Shown piece by piece: positions 37,541 to 46,151 of a stretch of 61,797 nucleotides of DNA. The notes beneath the pieces were generated by a model, which was given only the letters and a program-made list of their open reading frames with translations, had not been told where the DNA came from and searched no databases. Position numbers and translations under genes: made by a program. This DNA comes from Christensenella sp. UBA1750 (GTDB taxonomy: Bacteria; Bacillota; Clostridia; Christensenellales; UBA1750): NCBI GenBank assembly GCA_002315655.1, contig DCHO01000049.1, positions 1 to 61,797 of the forward strand. Direction: 5' to 3'. Each line of letters begins with the position of its first letter. Within the stretch, counting starts at the first letter, position 1.

Positions 37541-38926
37541 TTATTTGCGCAAGCGGTTTTCAATCTCCGCCCAGATGTCTTCCCAGCTCATGCCCTGATC
37601 GACCAGCAGCACGGAAAGGTGGAACAGAAGGTCAGCAACCTCGAAGGAGAGGTTGGCTTTGTCGCCGTTCTTTGCGCCGATGAGCGCTTCGGCGGCTTCC
37701 TCGACCACCTTTTTGCCGATCTTGTCCGCGCCCTTGGAAAGCAGCATATTGGTGTAGGAGCCTTCCTTGGGGTTTTCCTTGCGGTCTAAGATGAGCTTGT
37801 ATTCTTCGATCAAGGCCTGCATCCCAAGAGTGGAGCTTCTGCCGCCGTCCAGCGTTTTTAAGCTGTTGAAGAAGCAGGAATAGCTGCCCGTGTGGCAGGC
37901 CGCGCCGTCCTGATCGACCTTGAGGAGGATGGTGTCGCCGTCGCAGTCGTAGCGGATCTCGCGGACGTGCTGGAAGCAGGAGGAAGTCTCGCCCTTGACC
38001 CAAAGCGCCTGACGGCTGCGGGAGAAATAGGTGGCAAGCCCGGTTTCCAGCGTCTTTTTGAGGGATTCCTCGTTCATGTAGGCAAGCATGAGCACCGTGC
38101 CTGTTTTCGCATCCTGCACAACGGCGGGAACCAAGCCTTTGTCATCGAACTTGATGCCGGATAAATCTACTTCGCCGCGAAACGTCGCAATCCCATTAGA
38201 CTCCAAAACCTCTTTGACCTGCGCAATCGAGAATTTTGCGGAATGGAAAACGGAGGCGGCCAGAACGCCCTTGGCTCCGGCGAGCTTTACGGCATCGACA
38301 AAGTGATTGAGTTCTCCCGCGCCGCCGGAAGCGGTGACAGGCAGGGGAGAGGCTTCGGCGGCGATTTTGGTGGCTTCCAGATCGTAGCCGGTCTTTGCGC
38401 CGTCCTGCATGGTGGTTAATAGGATTTCACCCGCGCCCCACTCGGCGAGCTGCTTGACCCATGGTGCGAGCAGTTTACCGGAAGGCGTCTGCCCGGCACC
38501 CATGACCTCGTATTCGCCGTTGGCGTTCTTGAACACGTCCACCAGCGCGGTGACGGCCTTGGGGCCGTATTTGTAGCTGGCGCGGCGGATAAGCTCGTCG
38601 TTGGTCAGGGACGCGGAGCCGATGCCCACCTTGGAAGCTCCCGCCTCCATGATGGCGTCCACATCGTCCAAAGAGGCGATGCCGCCGCCGATGCACAGCG
38701 GCACGGTGCAGATGGCCGCTGCCTTTTTGATCATTTCCAGATTGGTCTTGCGGCCTTCCTCGCTGGCCTTGATGTCCAGCATCCAGACCTCGTCCGCGCC
38801 TTCCTTGCAGTAGCGGGCGATGCACTCAGCGGGGTCACCCGCGTCGATCATACCTTTGAAGTGAACGCCCTTTACAATGCGGCCGTTCATCATATCGAGA
38901 CAAGGGACAACTTTGACAGGTTCCAT
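37541..38926 (-). CDS. hisF: Trifunctional HisF-HisI-HisE fusion (IGP synthase cyclase, PR-AMP cyclohydrolase, PR-ATP pyrophosphatase)
   Basis: VVPCLD...GAGEILLT...ASGGAG...LAASVFH (HisF); [14 protein letters not shown]...WVKGETS...DCDGD...ACHTG (HisI); SYT..L...KKVVEEAAE...EVADLLFH (HisE), one uninterrupted frame. Confidence 0.92.
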   Translation of the reverse strand: MEPVKVVPCLDMMNGRIVKGVHFKGMIDAGDPAECIARYCKEGADEVWMLDIKASEEGRKTNLEMIKKAAAICTVPLCIGGGIASLDDVDAIMEAGASKVGIGSASLTNDELIRRASYKYGPKAVTALVDVFKNANGEYEVMGAGQTPSGKLLAPWVKQLAEWGAGEILLTTMQDGAKTGYDLEATKIAAEASPLPVTASGGAGELNHFVDAVKLAGAKGVLAASVFHSAKFSIAQVKEVLESNGIATFRGEVDLSGIKFDDKGLVPAVVQDAKTGTVLMLAYMNEESLKKTLETGLATYFSRSRQALWVKGETSSCFQHVREIRYDCDGDTILLKVDQDGAACHTGSYSCFFNSLKTLDGGRSSTLGMQALIEEYKLILDRKENPKEGSYTNMLLSKGADKIGKKVVEEAAEALIGAKNGDKANLSFEVADLLFHLSVLLVDQGMSWEDIWAEIENRLRK

Positions 38927-38930
38927 AAGA

Positions 38931-39644
38931 TTATTCCTCCTCTAAGGTAAGCGCATCGGAAAGTTTCACTTTACCGGAATACAGAGCCTTTCCGATAATA
39001 GCTCCGGCGCATCCGGCATTTTTAAGATCAATCAGATCCTGCAATGTTCCCACACCGCCGGAGCCGATGATGTTCATATTGGTATCTGCAATGAGCTGCT
39101 TTGTGGATTCCACATTGGGGCCCACCAGCATTCCGTCCCGGGAAATGTCCGTGTAGATAATGTCCGTGACCCCGAAGGCCTTCATTTTCAAGGCCAGGTC
39201 TTTTGCGGTGATGGTGGAGGTTTCCACCCAGCCCTTTACCGCGACCAGCCCGTTTTTGCAGTCGAGCCCCACGGCAATATGCCCGGGGAATTTCCTGCAC
39301 GCTTCCTCCACGATTTCAGGGTGATTGAGCGCCACGGTGCCCAAAATCACGCGCTGCACCCCGGCGCAGAGCCGCGCTTCGATGTCTTCCATCGTGCGGA
39401 TGCCGCCGCCGGTCTCCACGGGAAGCCCGGTCTGCTTGACGATTTCCTTCAAAATGGGCAGGTTGCGCCCGGAGCCTTCAAACGCGCCGTCCAGATCGAC
39501 AACGTGAAGATAGGTCGCACCCTGATTCTTCCAGTCCATTGCGGCGGCAACGGGGTCACCGTAGTCGGTGACGGCATTGGCTTCACCTTGGAGCAGGCGC
39601 ACCGCCTTGCCGTTTTTGATGTCTATTGCGGGATAAATTTGCAT
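38931..39644 (-). CDS. hisA: ProFAR isomerase
   Basis: [32 protein letters not shown]. Confidence 0.95.
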   Translation of the reverse strand: MQIYPAIDIKNGKAVRLLQGEANAVTDYGDPVAAAMDWKNQGATYLHVVDLDGAFEGSGRNLPILKEIVKQTGLPVETGGGIRTMEDIEARLCAGVQRVILGTVALNHPEIVEEACRKFPGHIAVGLDCKNGLVAVKGWVETSTITAKDLALKMKAFGVTDIIYTDISRDGMLVGPNVESTKQLIADTNMNIIGSGGVGTLQDLIDLKNAGCAGAIIGKALYSGKVKLSDALTLEEE

Positions 39645-39653
39645 AATTTCTCC

Positions 39654-40235
39654 TTACAGTACACCCTTTGTGGAGGGGATGCCCTTCACACGGGGGTCGA
39701 TGGCCACGGCGGCCTTGAGTGCGCGGGCGTAGGCCTTGAACAGTCCCTCTGTAATGTGATGGCTGTTCTTGCCGTCGGCTTTCAGGTGCAGTGTGGTGCC
39801 GGAGGCCACTGCCACGGCGCGGAAAAATTCCTCCGTCAGCTCAGTTGCATAGTCGCCGCACATGGGCGCACCGAACTCCGCGTCAAAGCGGAGGAAGGGG
39901 CGGCCGGAAATGTCCAGCGCACAGAAGCACAGGGCTTCATCCATGGGCATCCAGCAGGAGCCGCAGCGCTCGAGGCCGGACTTGTCCCCCAAGGCAGAAG
40001 CGATCGCCTGTCCCAGCACAATGCCAGTGTCCTCGACGGTGTGGTGTCCGTCCACCTCCAAATCGCCCTTACAGGTGACAGTGAGGTCGAACAGTCCATG
40101 CCGGGCAAAGGCGGAAAGCATATGGTCGAAAAAGCCGATGCCGGTATTGATTTCGTATTTTCCTTCGCCGTCCAGATTTACGGAGACGGTGATTTCGGTT
40201 TCCCCGGTCTTGCGGGTAATCGTTGCTTGTCTCAT
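39654..40235 (-). CDS. hisB: Imidazoleglycerol-phosphate dehydratase (monofunctional)
   Basis: RKTGET, TGIGFFDHML, DGHHTVED, MDEAL, NSHHITE. Confidence 0.95.
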   Translation of the reverse strand: MRQATITRKTGETEITVSVNLDGEGKYEINTGIGFFDHMLSAFARHGLFDLTVTCKGDLEVDGHHTVEDTGIVLGQAIASALGDKSGLERCGSCWMPMDEALCFCALDISGRPFLRFDAEFGAPMCGDYATELTEEFFRAVAVASGTTLHLKADGKNSHHITEGLFKAYARALKAAVAIDPRVKGIPSTKGVL

Positions 40236-40237
40236 AA

Positions 40238-41527
40238 TCAATACTCCTCAAAGCGGATGGACGCGGAGCGGGCGTGGGCTTCCAGCTCCTCGGCTCTGGC
40301 AAAGCGGGCAATATCCTGATAGCTCTCCTTGAGCTTTTCCTCCGAATAGTAAACGATGGAGGACTTCTTGACGAAATCCATGACGCTCAAGGGGGAGAAG
40401 AAGCGGGCAGTGCCGGAGGTCGGCAGAACGTGGTTGGGTCCCGCGAAATAGTCGCCCAGCGGTTCTGGGGAATAGTGTCCCACAAAGATCGCGCCGGCAT
40501 TCTTCACCTTGTCGATGTGCGTGAAAGCATCGGAGAGCGACAGTTCCAGATGCTCCGGGGCAACGGCGTTGGCAAGGTCGAAGGCGGTTTGCAGATCATC
40601 CGCCACAAGGATGCAGCCGTTGGAATTGACCGATTTTTCCGCAATCTCCTTGCGGGGCAGGTTGTTTAGCTGTCTGTCCAGCTCAATGCGCACCTTCTCG
40701 GCCAAAGAAGCGGAGGTGGTGATGAGAATGGGCGCGGCCAGCGCGTCATGCTCGGCCTGTGAGAGCAGGTCGGCGGCAACGAACTTCGGTGTAGCGGAAT
40801 CTTCCGCGATGATGAGCACCTCGGAAGGCCCCGCGATCATGTCGATGCCGACCAGTCCGTACACCGCGCGCTTGGCGTTGGCCACATAGATGTTGCCGGG
40901 GCCAACGATCTTATCCACGGGCTTGATGGACTGGGTGCCGTAAGCAAGCGCGGCAATGGCCTGTGCGCCGCCGCACTTGTAGATTTCCGTTACGCCGCAA
41001 AGATCAGCGGCGATCAGCATACAGGGATTGACCTTTCCGTCCGCGCCGGGCGGGGTCATCATGACGATGCGGGAGACCCCGGCGACCTTGGCGGGGAGCA
41101 CGTTCATGAGCACGGAGGAGGACAGCGGTGCGGTGCCGCCGGGAACATACACGCCCACGTTTGCAATGGGGCGGATGAGCTGCCCCAGCGCGGAGCCTTC
41201 CTGATAGTCAATCCACGATTTCTCTTTTTGCTTCTCGTGGAAGGCGGTGATGTTGTCGCGGGACTTGGTCATGCTGGCAACCAGCTCGGAAGAAACCATG
41301 GAATAGGCTTCCTGAATTTCCTCGGGCGTGACTTTCAGGGTTTCCTTGGTCAGTTCCGCTTTGTCAAATTTCTTGGTCAGCTCGATTAAGGCGTCATCGC
41401 CCTCTGTGCGAACCTTCTGAATGATCTCGTTGACCGCGGCAGTCACATCTTTCTGCGTTAATTGCGAGCGCAGTTTCAGCTTGTCCGGCAGGCCTTCGCC
41501 GCGCTTGATGTTGAAAATATCAATCAT
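40238..41527 (-). CDS. hisD: Histidinol dehydrogenase
   Basis: GVYVPGG, GGAQAIAALAYG, GPGNIYV, IDMIAGPSE, DLLSQAEHD, GPNHVLPT. Confidence 0.96.
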   Translation of the reverse strand: MIDIFNIKRGEGLPDKLKLRSQLTQKDVTAAVNEIIQKVRTEGDDALIELTKKFDKAELTKETLKVTPEEIQEAYSMVSSELVASMTKSRDNITAFHEKQKEKSWIDYQEGSALGQLIRPIANVGVYVPGGTAPLSSSVLMNVLPAKVAGVSRIVMMTPPGADGKVNPCMLIAADLCGVTEIYKCGGAQAIAALAYGTQSIKPVDKIVGPGNIYVANAKRAVYGLVGIDMIAGPSEVLIIAEDSATPKFVAADLLSQAEHDALAAPILITTSASLAEKVRIELDRQLNNLPRKEIAEKSVNSNGCILVADDLQTAFDLANAVAPEHLELSLSDAFTHIDKVKNAGAIFVGHYSPEPLGDYFAGPNHVLPTSGTARFFSPLSVMDFVKKSSIVYYSEEKLKESYQDIARFARAEELEAHARSASIRFEEY

Positions 41528-42167
41528 GGTCGTTGCTCCTTTTCTCAATCTGTTCTTTCAGCCCTTCAATGAGCGGGCGAATCTGGCTCTCCTTGGTTTT
41601 GAGGCTCACACGGTTGACCACCAGCCGCGCTGAGCAGGTGCAGATTTCTTCCAAGATAGAAAGCCCGTTGGCGTGAAGAGTCGCGCCGCTTTCCACAATG
41701 TCCAAAATCACATCGGAAAGCCCGATGACGGGACCCAATTCCACAGAGCCGTTCAATTTGATGATCTCGATGGAGGAGCCTCTTGTGGAAAAGACCTGCG
41801 AGGCAATGCCGGTGTATTTGGTGGCCACGCGGATGTGCGCGTTTTTTAGGGGTTCTTTTTCGGCATATCCTGCAATGCAGATGCGGCAGGTGCCGAAGCC
41901 CAAGTCCAGCATTTCGTAAAGGGGGCGGTTTTCCTCCATCAGCGTGTCCTTGCCCACGATGCCCACATCCGCAACGCCGTGATCGACGTAGGTTGGCACA
42001 TCGGAGGGCTTGACCATGATGAAGCGATAGGAATGGTCGCCGGAATAGAACACCAGTTTGCGGCTCTTTTCCTTTAAGGCGGAAACATCAACGCCCATGT
42101 TTTCCAGCAGGGTCAGTGTTTCGTCCGCCAAGCGGCCTTTCGCCATCGCAATGGTGATGGGCTCCAT
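41520..42167 (-). CDS. hisG: ATP phosphoribosyltransferase, short form
   Basis: IAMAKGRL, DVPTYV, GIVGKDTL, KLNGSVEL, DIVESGATL. Confidence 0.95.
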   Translation of the reverse strand: MEPITIAMAKGRLADETLTLLENMGVDVSALKEKSRKLVFYSGDHSYRFIMVKPSDVPTYVDHGVADVGIVGKDTLMEENRPLYEMLDLGFGTCRICIAGYAEKEPLKNAHIRVATKYTGIASQVFSTRGSSIEIIKLNGSVELGPVIGLSDVILDIVESGATLHANGLSILEEICTCSARLVVNRVSLKTKESQIRPLIEGLKEQIEKRSNDHD

Positions 42168-43337
42168 TTATTCCACCTCCCGCAAGACCAATCCCGGGTG
42201 TCGGGCGGTCAAGAGATTCTGTATCTTTTCTTCGTCGGTCTCAAAGACCAGTTCCACGGTCTTTCCCGCTGCCCTTAAACTCTGCGCCGCGGAGAAGGTT
42301 CTGGAAAGCTCCTGTTTTCCGGCTAAAATGAGCACATCCACAGAAACACCGCTTTCCTTTGGCGCATCCAGCGCTTCCAGCAGACATTCCAGATTCATGG
42401 CAAAGCCGACGGCACTCATGGGGCGCCCGAACTGGGAAAGCAGTTCGTCATACCGTCCGCCGGACAGCAGCGGCTGCCCCAAGGAGGCGGAAATGCCCTG
42501 AAAGATCATGCCGGTGTAGTAGCCGATGGAATGAACCATGCCTAAATCAATGGAAATATGCTCGGCATAGCCGCAGGAACAGACCATATCGTAAATGGTG
42601 CCGAGATTGCGAAGCGCGGACAGGCACTTGGGATAATCCGTGAGCTTTGCGGCTTTTTCCAGCACGTCCCTGCCGCCGAAGAGCATCGGCAGCTCGCGGA
42701 TGCGGGAGGAGACGGCTTCCTTTTCCCCACTGCCGGAGAGCAGCAGGTCGATGGCCAGCATATTTTTTTCCTCCACGAAGGAGCGCACCTTTTCGGCGGT
42801 CTCGGAATCCAGCCCCGCTTCCTCCATGAGCCCCTTGAAGAAATCCACCTGACCGATCTCGATCATATAATTGGAAAGCCCCGCGTTCTTCATGGCTTCC
42901 AGTGCCAGCAGAACGGCTTCCGCGTCGGATTTGGGATCGTCACAGCCCAGCAGCTCGATGCCCGCCTGGGTAAATTCCGCCTGTTTTTTCGCGCTCTTGT
43001 CCTTGGGGTCGGCGTAGGCCGAACCGATGTAGCAGATGCGCAGCGGGGGAACTTCGGAGAGCAGCTTTGTGGCGGCAATGCGGGCGATGGCGGTGGTGAA
43101 GTCCGGGCGAAGCACCAGAATGCGTCCGGTGTGGTCTAATGTCTTGATCATGTCCTCCTGCGCGTGGGCGCCAATGCCGGAGGCGTAGGTATCGTAATAT
43201 TCCAGCCCGGCAGGGGAGACTTCCCGATAACCGAAGGAGAGGAACTGATTGCGCAGTGTGCCTTCCAGCGCGATTTTGCGGGCGCAGTCGTCCATCAGGA
43301 GATCCTGCACGTTCTTGGGCAGTTGAGGCGTTGTCAT
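42168..43337 (-). CDS. hisZ: ATP phosphoribosyltransferase regulatory subunit
   Basis: LVLRPDFT..IAR, EFTQAGIEL, YYTGMIF, GGRYD, AVGFA. Confidence 0.93.
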   Translation of the reverse strand: MTTPQLPKNVQDLLMDDCARKIALEGTLRNQFLSFGYREVSPAGLEYYDTYASGIGAHAQEDMIKTLDHTGRILVLRPDFTTAIARIAATKLLSEVPPLRICYIGSAYADPKDKSAKKQAEFTQAGIELLGCDDPKSDAEAVLLALEAMKNAGLSNYMIEIGQVDFFKGLMEEAGLDSETAEKVRSFVEEKNMLAIDLLLSGSGEKEAVSSRIRELPMLFGGRDVLEKAAKLTDYPKCLSALRNLGTIYDMVCSCGYAEHISIDLGMVHSIGYYTGMIFQGISASLGQPLLSGGRYDELLSQFGRPMSAVGFAMNLECLLEALDAPKESGVSVDVLILAGKQELSRTFSAAQSLRAAGKTVELVFETDEEKIQNLLTARHPGLVLREVE

Positions 43338-43359
43338 AGGGGTGTTCCTTTCTTTGACG

Positions 43360-43383
43360 ATTTATCGTGATAAAGCGATAAAG
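43360..43383. promoter_or_regulatory. Candidate HisR (TrpR-like) operator
   Basis: Palindrome TTTATC-GT-GATAAA plus an extra CGATAAAG half-site between the his promoter and the hisZ RBS. Confidence 0.65.
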
Positions 43384-43392
43384 CATGGCTTC

Positions 43393-43421
43393 ATTATAAT
43401 AAAAGAGGTTTTATCTGTCAA
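43393..43421 (-). promoter_or_regulatory. Consensus sigma-A promoter of the his operon
   Basis: TTGACA-17nt-TATAAT on the minus strand. Confidence 0.85.
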
Positions 43422-43488
43422 GGGGGCATAACGTAAAAAGCAGATAAACTCAAAAAGGCCTGGGTTTTGTGCCAAGCCTTTGCTTTTT

Positions 43489-45243
43489 TTATTTTCTTGT
43501 TGGGGGTGTGGTGCTAAACACATCGCTTCTCTGCGGCGCTTTCGGTGTGGGCTTCGGCGGTTCGGATTTGGTGCCGAAGGTGCGCGTGTGCGTGGCGGAG
43601 GGGGATGCGGTGGGACGGGACGATGCGGGAGAAGCGTTTGGACGGGACGATGCGGGAGAAGCGTTTAGACGGGTAGGCGCGGAGCCGGACTTTCTGCCCT
43701 GCCGTATGGGATTCCTGCCGTCCTGTGTCATACGGTCATAGGTGCGCAGCGCTCGTTCCCGATTGACGGCTGCAGTGCGGGCGGCTTTGGCGCGTTTGCG
43801 CTTTTCCTGTTTGGCGCGGTTGATCTCCGCAATGAGCCAAATCAGCAGGATGACAAAGAGCACAAGGGGAATGATGACCAGCAGATAGAGATTTGACCAG
43901 CCGCCTTCCTTGACGGCAATTGTGGAGATTTTAAGTCCCCCCTGGGTAACGGTGGCGGGCGCGGGGGTGGCCTGCGTTTTATCCTTGGTCTTGATGGCGG
44001 AGGCCACGGTGCGGGAGGCAAGCAGCGGCACTTCCACATCCTCCATGTCCTCCATGGAGAAGAACAGTGTACCGACCTCGGTATCGGCTTGAATGGGCGC
44101 GGTCAGCTCGCTTGGATATTCCGCGTGAATGTAAAGCGCTAAACTGCTCGAAATGGCGGAAATCTCCTCATCCGTACACAGAACAGAGGAAAGTTTGTCC
44201 GCGCTCTTAGAATCGAGAGAAAGGAGCAGATTGCCGTCGTCCTCCTCAGATGTGCCGGATACCTGAACGGATAAGGGGCTTGCCTCGTATATCTCTGCAA
44301 AGGGCAGCGTGCGGTAGGTGGCAAAGCAGTAGTCCGCCAGGTGCATGGTGTCATACCATTTGCCTTCCTTGGTGTCCCCGAAGACGACCGTGATGATGCG
44401 GCGGCCTTCGTTTTCGCAGACGGAGACAAAGGCGTGCTGGGCGGCGTCGGTATAGCCGGTCTTGCCGCCGATGATGTTTTCATAAACGTATTCACCGCCG
44501 TATTCGGGCAGCAAGGCATTTGTGTTCTTGACGGTGTAGGTGCGTGTACCGCCGTCGGCTTTTTCGATGGACAATTCGTATTTGTAGGTGCTGACGATCT
44601 CGATAAATTCCTCATGCTGCGCCGCTTCCCGCACGATCTTGCCGTAGTCGGAGGCGGTGGTGTAGTGCTCGCTATCGGGCAGACCGTTGGAATTGGTGAA
44701 ATGGGAATCGGTGCAGCCCAATTCCACGGCGCGCTGGTTCATCAGGGTGGCAAAGTCCGCTACGGAGCCGGACACGGCTTCTGCCAGCGCAACCGCTGCG
44801 TCGTTGCCGGATTTGAGCAGCAAGCCGTACAGCAGGTCGCGGACGGTGATCTTTTCGCCTTCCTCCAGATAGATGGAGGATTCACCGACCATGCAGTTGC
44901 GGGAGACCTCCACGACCTCATCCAAAGAGAGTCTTTCAATGGCCAGCAGGGCGGTCAATACTTTTGTGGTGGAGGCGGGGTAGATTTCCCTGTCAGGGTT
45001 CTTGGAAAAGAGCACGCGCCCGGTTGCGGCGTCCAGCGCGATGGCCGAGGTCGCAGAGAGCATATTTTCCGTCAGATTCCCGGGATGGGAGGAAGAAAAG
45101 TGATCCGGGTCGGAATTTGGATGCGCTTTTCTGTTGGTGTCCGCGCTCAATGTCATAGTAGACGCAAGCAGGGACAGGATCAGCAGAAAGAGCAGAATGC
45201 TGCGCCGGATGCAGCGAATATGGGGTTTATCTGAAAAGTTCAT
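43489..45243 (-). CDS. D-alanyl-D-alanine carboxypeptidase (peptidase S11) with TM anchor and basic cytoplasmic tail
   Basis: ASTTK (SxxK), SGNDAA (SxN), GGKTGYT (KTG); AAGGAG RBS before ATG 45243. Confidence 0.88.
   Translation of the reverse strand: MNFSDKPHIRCIRRSILLFLLILSLLASTMTLSADTNRKAHPNSDPDHFSSSHPGNLTENMLSATSAIALDAATGRVLFSKNPDREIYPASTTKVLTALLAIERLSLDEVVEVSRNCMVGESSIYLEEGEKITVRDLLYGLLLKSGNDAAVALAEAVSGSVADFATLMNQRAVELGCTDSHFTNSNGLPDSEHYTTASDYGKIVREAAQHEEFIEIVSTYKYELSIEKADGGTRTYTVKNTNALLPEYGGEYVYENIIGGKTGYTDAAQHAFVSVCENEGRRIITVVFGDTKEGKWYDTMHLADYCFATYRTLPFAEIYEASPLSVQVSGTSEEDDGNLLLSLDSKSADKLSSVLCTDEEISAISSSLALYIHAEYPSELTAPIQADTEVGTLFFSMEDMEDVEVPLLASRTVASAIKTKDKTQATPAPATVTQGGLKISTIAVKEGGWSNLYLLVIIPLVLFVILLIWLIAEINRAKQEKRKRAKAARTAAVNRERALRTYDRMTQDGRNPIRQGRKSGSAPTRLNASPASSRPNASPASSRPTASPSATHTRTFGTKSEPPKPTPKAPQRSDVFSTTPPTRK
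43613..43666. repeat. 2 x 27-nt in-frame tandem repeat
   Basis: GGACGGGACGATGCGGGAGAAGCGTTT twice, encoding a repeated NASPASSRP in the tail. Confidence 0.85.
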
Positions 45244-45330
45244 CGGGAGGGACTCCTTCACGAAAAATCGTTACTATTATATCATGCGCGAAATACGATG
45301 TATAGAATATAGAAAAGAAAAATAAACAAA

Positions 45331-45347
45331 GTAACAAAATTGATACA
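45331..45347 (-). promoter_or_regulatory. Candidate WalR-type direct-repeat box
   Basis: Minus strand TGTATC-AATTT-TGTTAC versus TGTWAH-N5-TGTWAH (11/12). Confidence 0.5.
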
Positions 45348-45458
45348 TTTTTCATTGTTTTTGCGGCGTGATAATGATACAATAGAGGCAAAATAGGGAA
45401 GGTGTATATAAAGGACACCGAAAGAACAGATTGTCAGGCGAGAAGGGGGCTGAAAAAG

Positions 45459-46151
45459 TTGGCAAAAAAGATACTGCTTGTGGACGATGAACCCGCGATC
45501 ATCAAAGGACTCAAATTCTCCCTGGAACAGGACGGCTATGAGACCGTCACGGCCTACGACGGCGGCGAGGCGATCAAACGCTTTGAGGAAGGCGGTATTG
45601 ACCTCATTTTGCTGGATGTGATGCTGCCCGTGCTGGACGGCATCGAGGTCTGTCAGCGTATCCGCGAAAACTCCGATGTGCCCATCATCATGCTCACCGC
45701 CAAGGGCGAGGACATGGACAAAATTCTGGGACTGGAATACGGCGCGGACGACTACATGACCAAGCCCTTCAACATTCTGGAGGTCAAGGCGCGTATCAAA
45801 ACCATCCTGCGCAGAACCGGCGTGAAGGTCGAGCGTCCTGCGGATTCCCATGTGCTGCGTGCGCGGGAAATGGAGGTCAATTCGGAGCTGCGGCAGGTCA
45901 AGCTGCGCGGCGAGGAGATCAATCTGACCGTCAAGGAATTTGATATGCTCTGGCTCTTTATCACCAACCGCGGCAAGGTCTATTCCCGCGAAAACCTGCT
46001 GGAAATCATCTGGGGCAGCGAGTACAACGGAGATTTGCGCACCGTGGATGTGCACATCAGAAGACTGCGCGAAAAGATCGAGCCGACCCCTTCCAAGCCC
46101 GAGTACATTATGACCAAGTGGGGAGTTGGGTACTATTTCACTGAAAAGTAA
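45459..46151 (+). CDS. OmpR-family response regulator (WalR-like)
   Basis: ILLVDDE, LLDVMLP, IIMLTAKG, GADDYMTKPF, RTVDVHIRRLREKIE, TKWGVGYYF. Confidence 0.9.
   Translation: MAKKILLVDDEPAIIKGLKFSLEQDGYETVTAYDGGEAIKRFEEGGIDLILLDVMLPVLDGIEVCQRIRENSDVPIIMLTAKGEDMDKILGLEYGADDYMTKPFNILEVKARIKTILRRTGVKVERPADSHVLRAREMEVNSELRQVKLRGEEINLTVKEFDMLWLFITNRGKVYSRENLLEIIWGSEYNGDLRTVDVHIRRLREKIEPTPSKPEYIMTKWGVGYYFTEK

Noticed and set aside
42168-43337. Histidyl-tRNA synthetase-like gene
   Set aside because: Position before short hisG identifies it as HisZ
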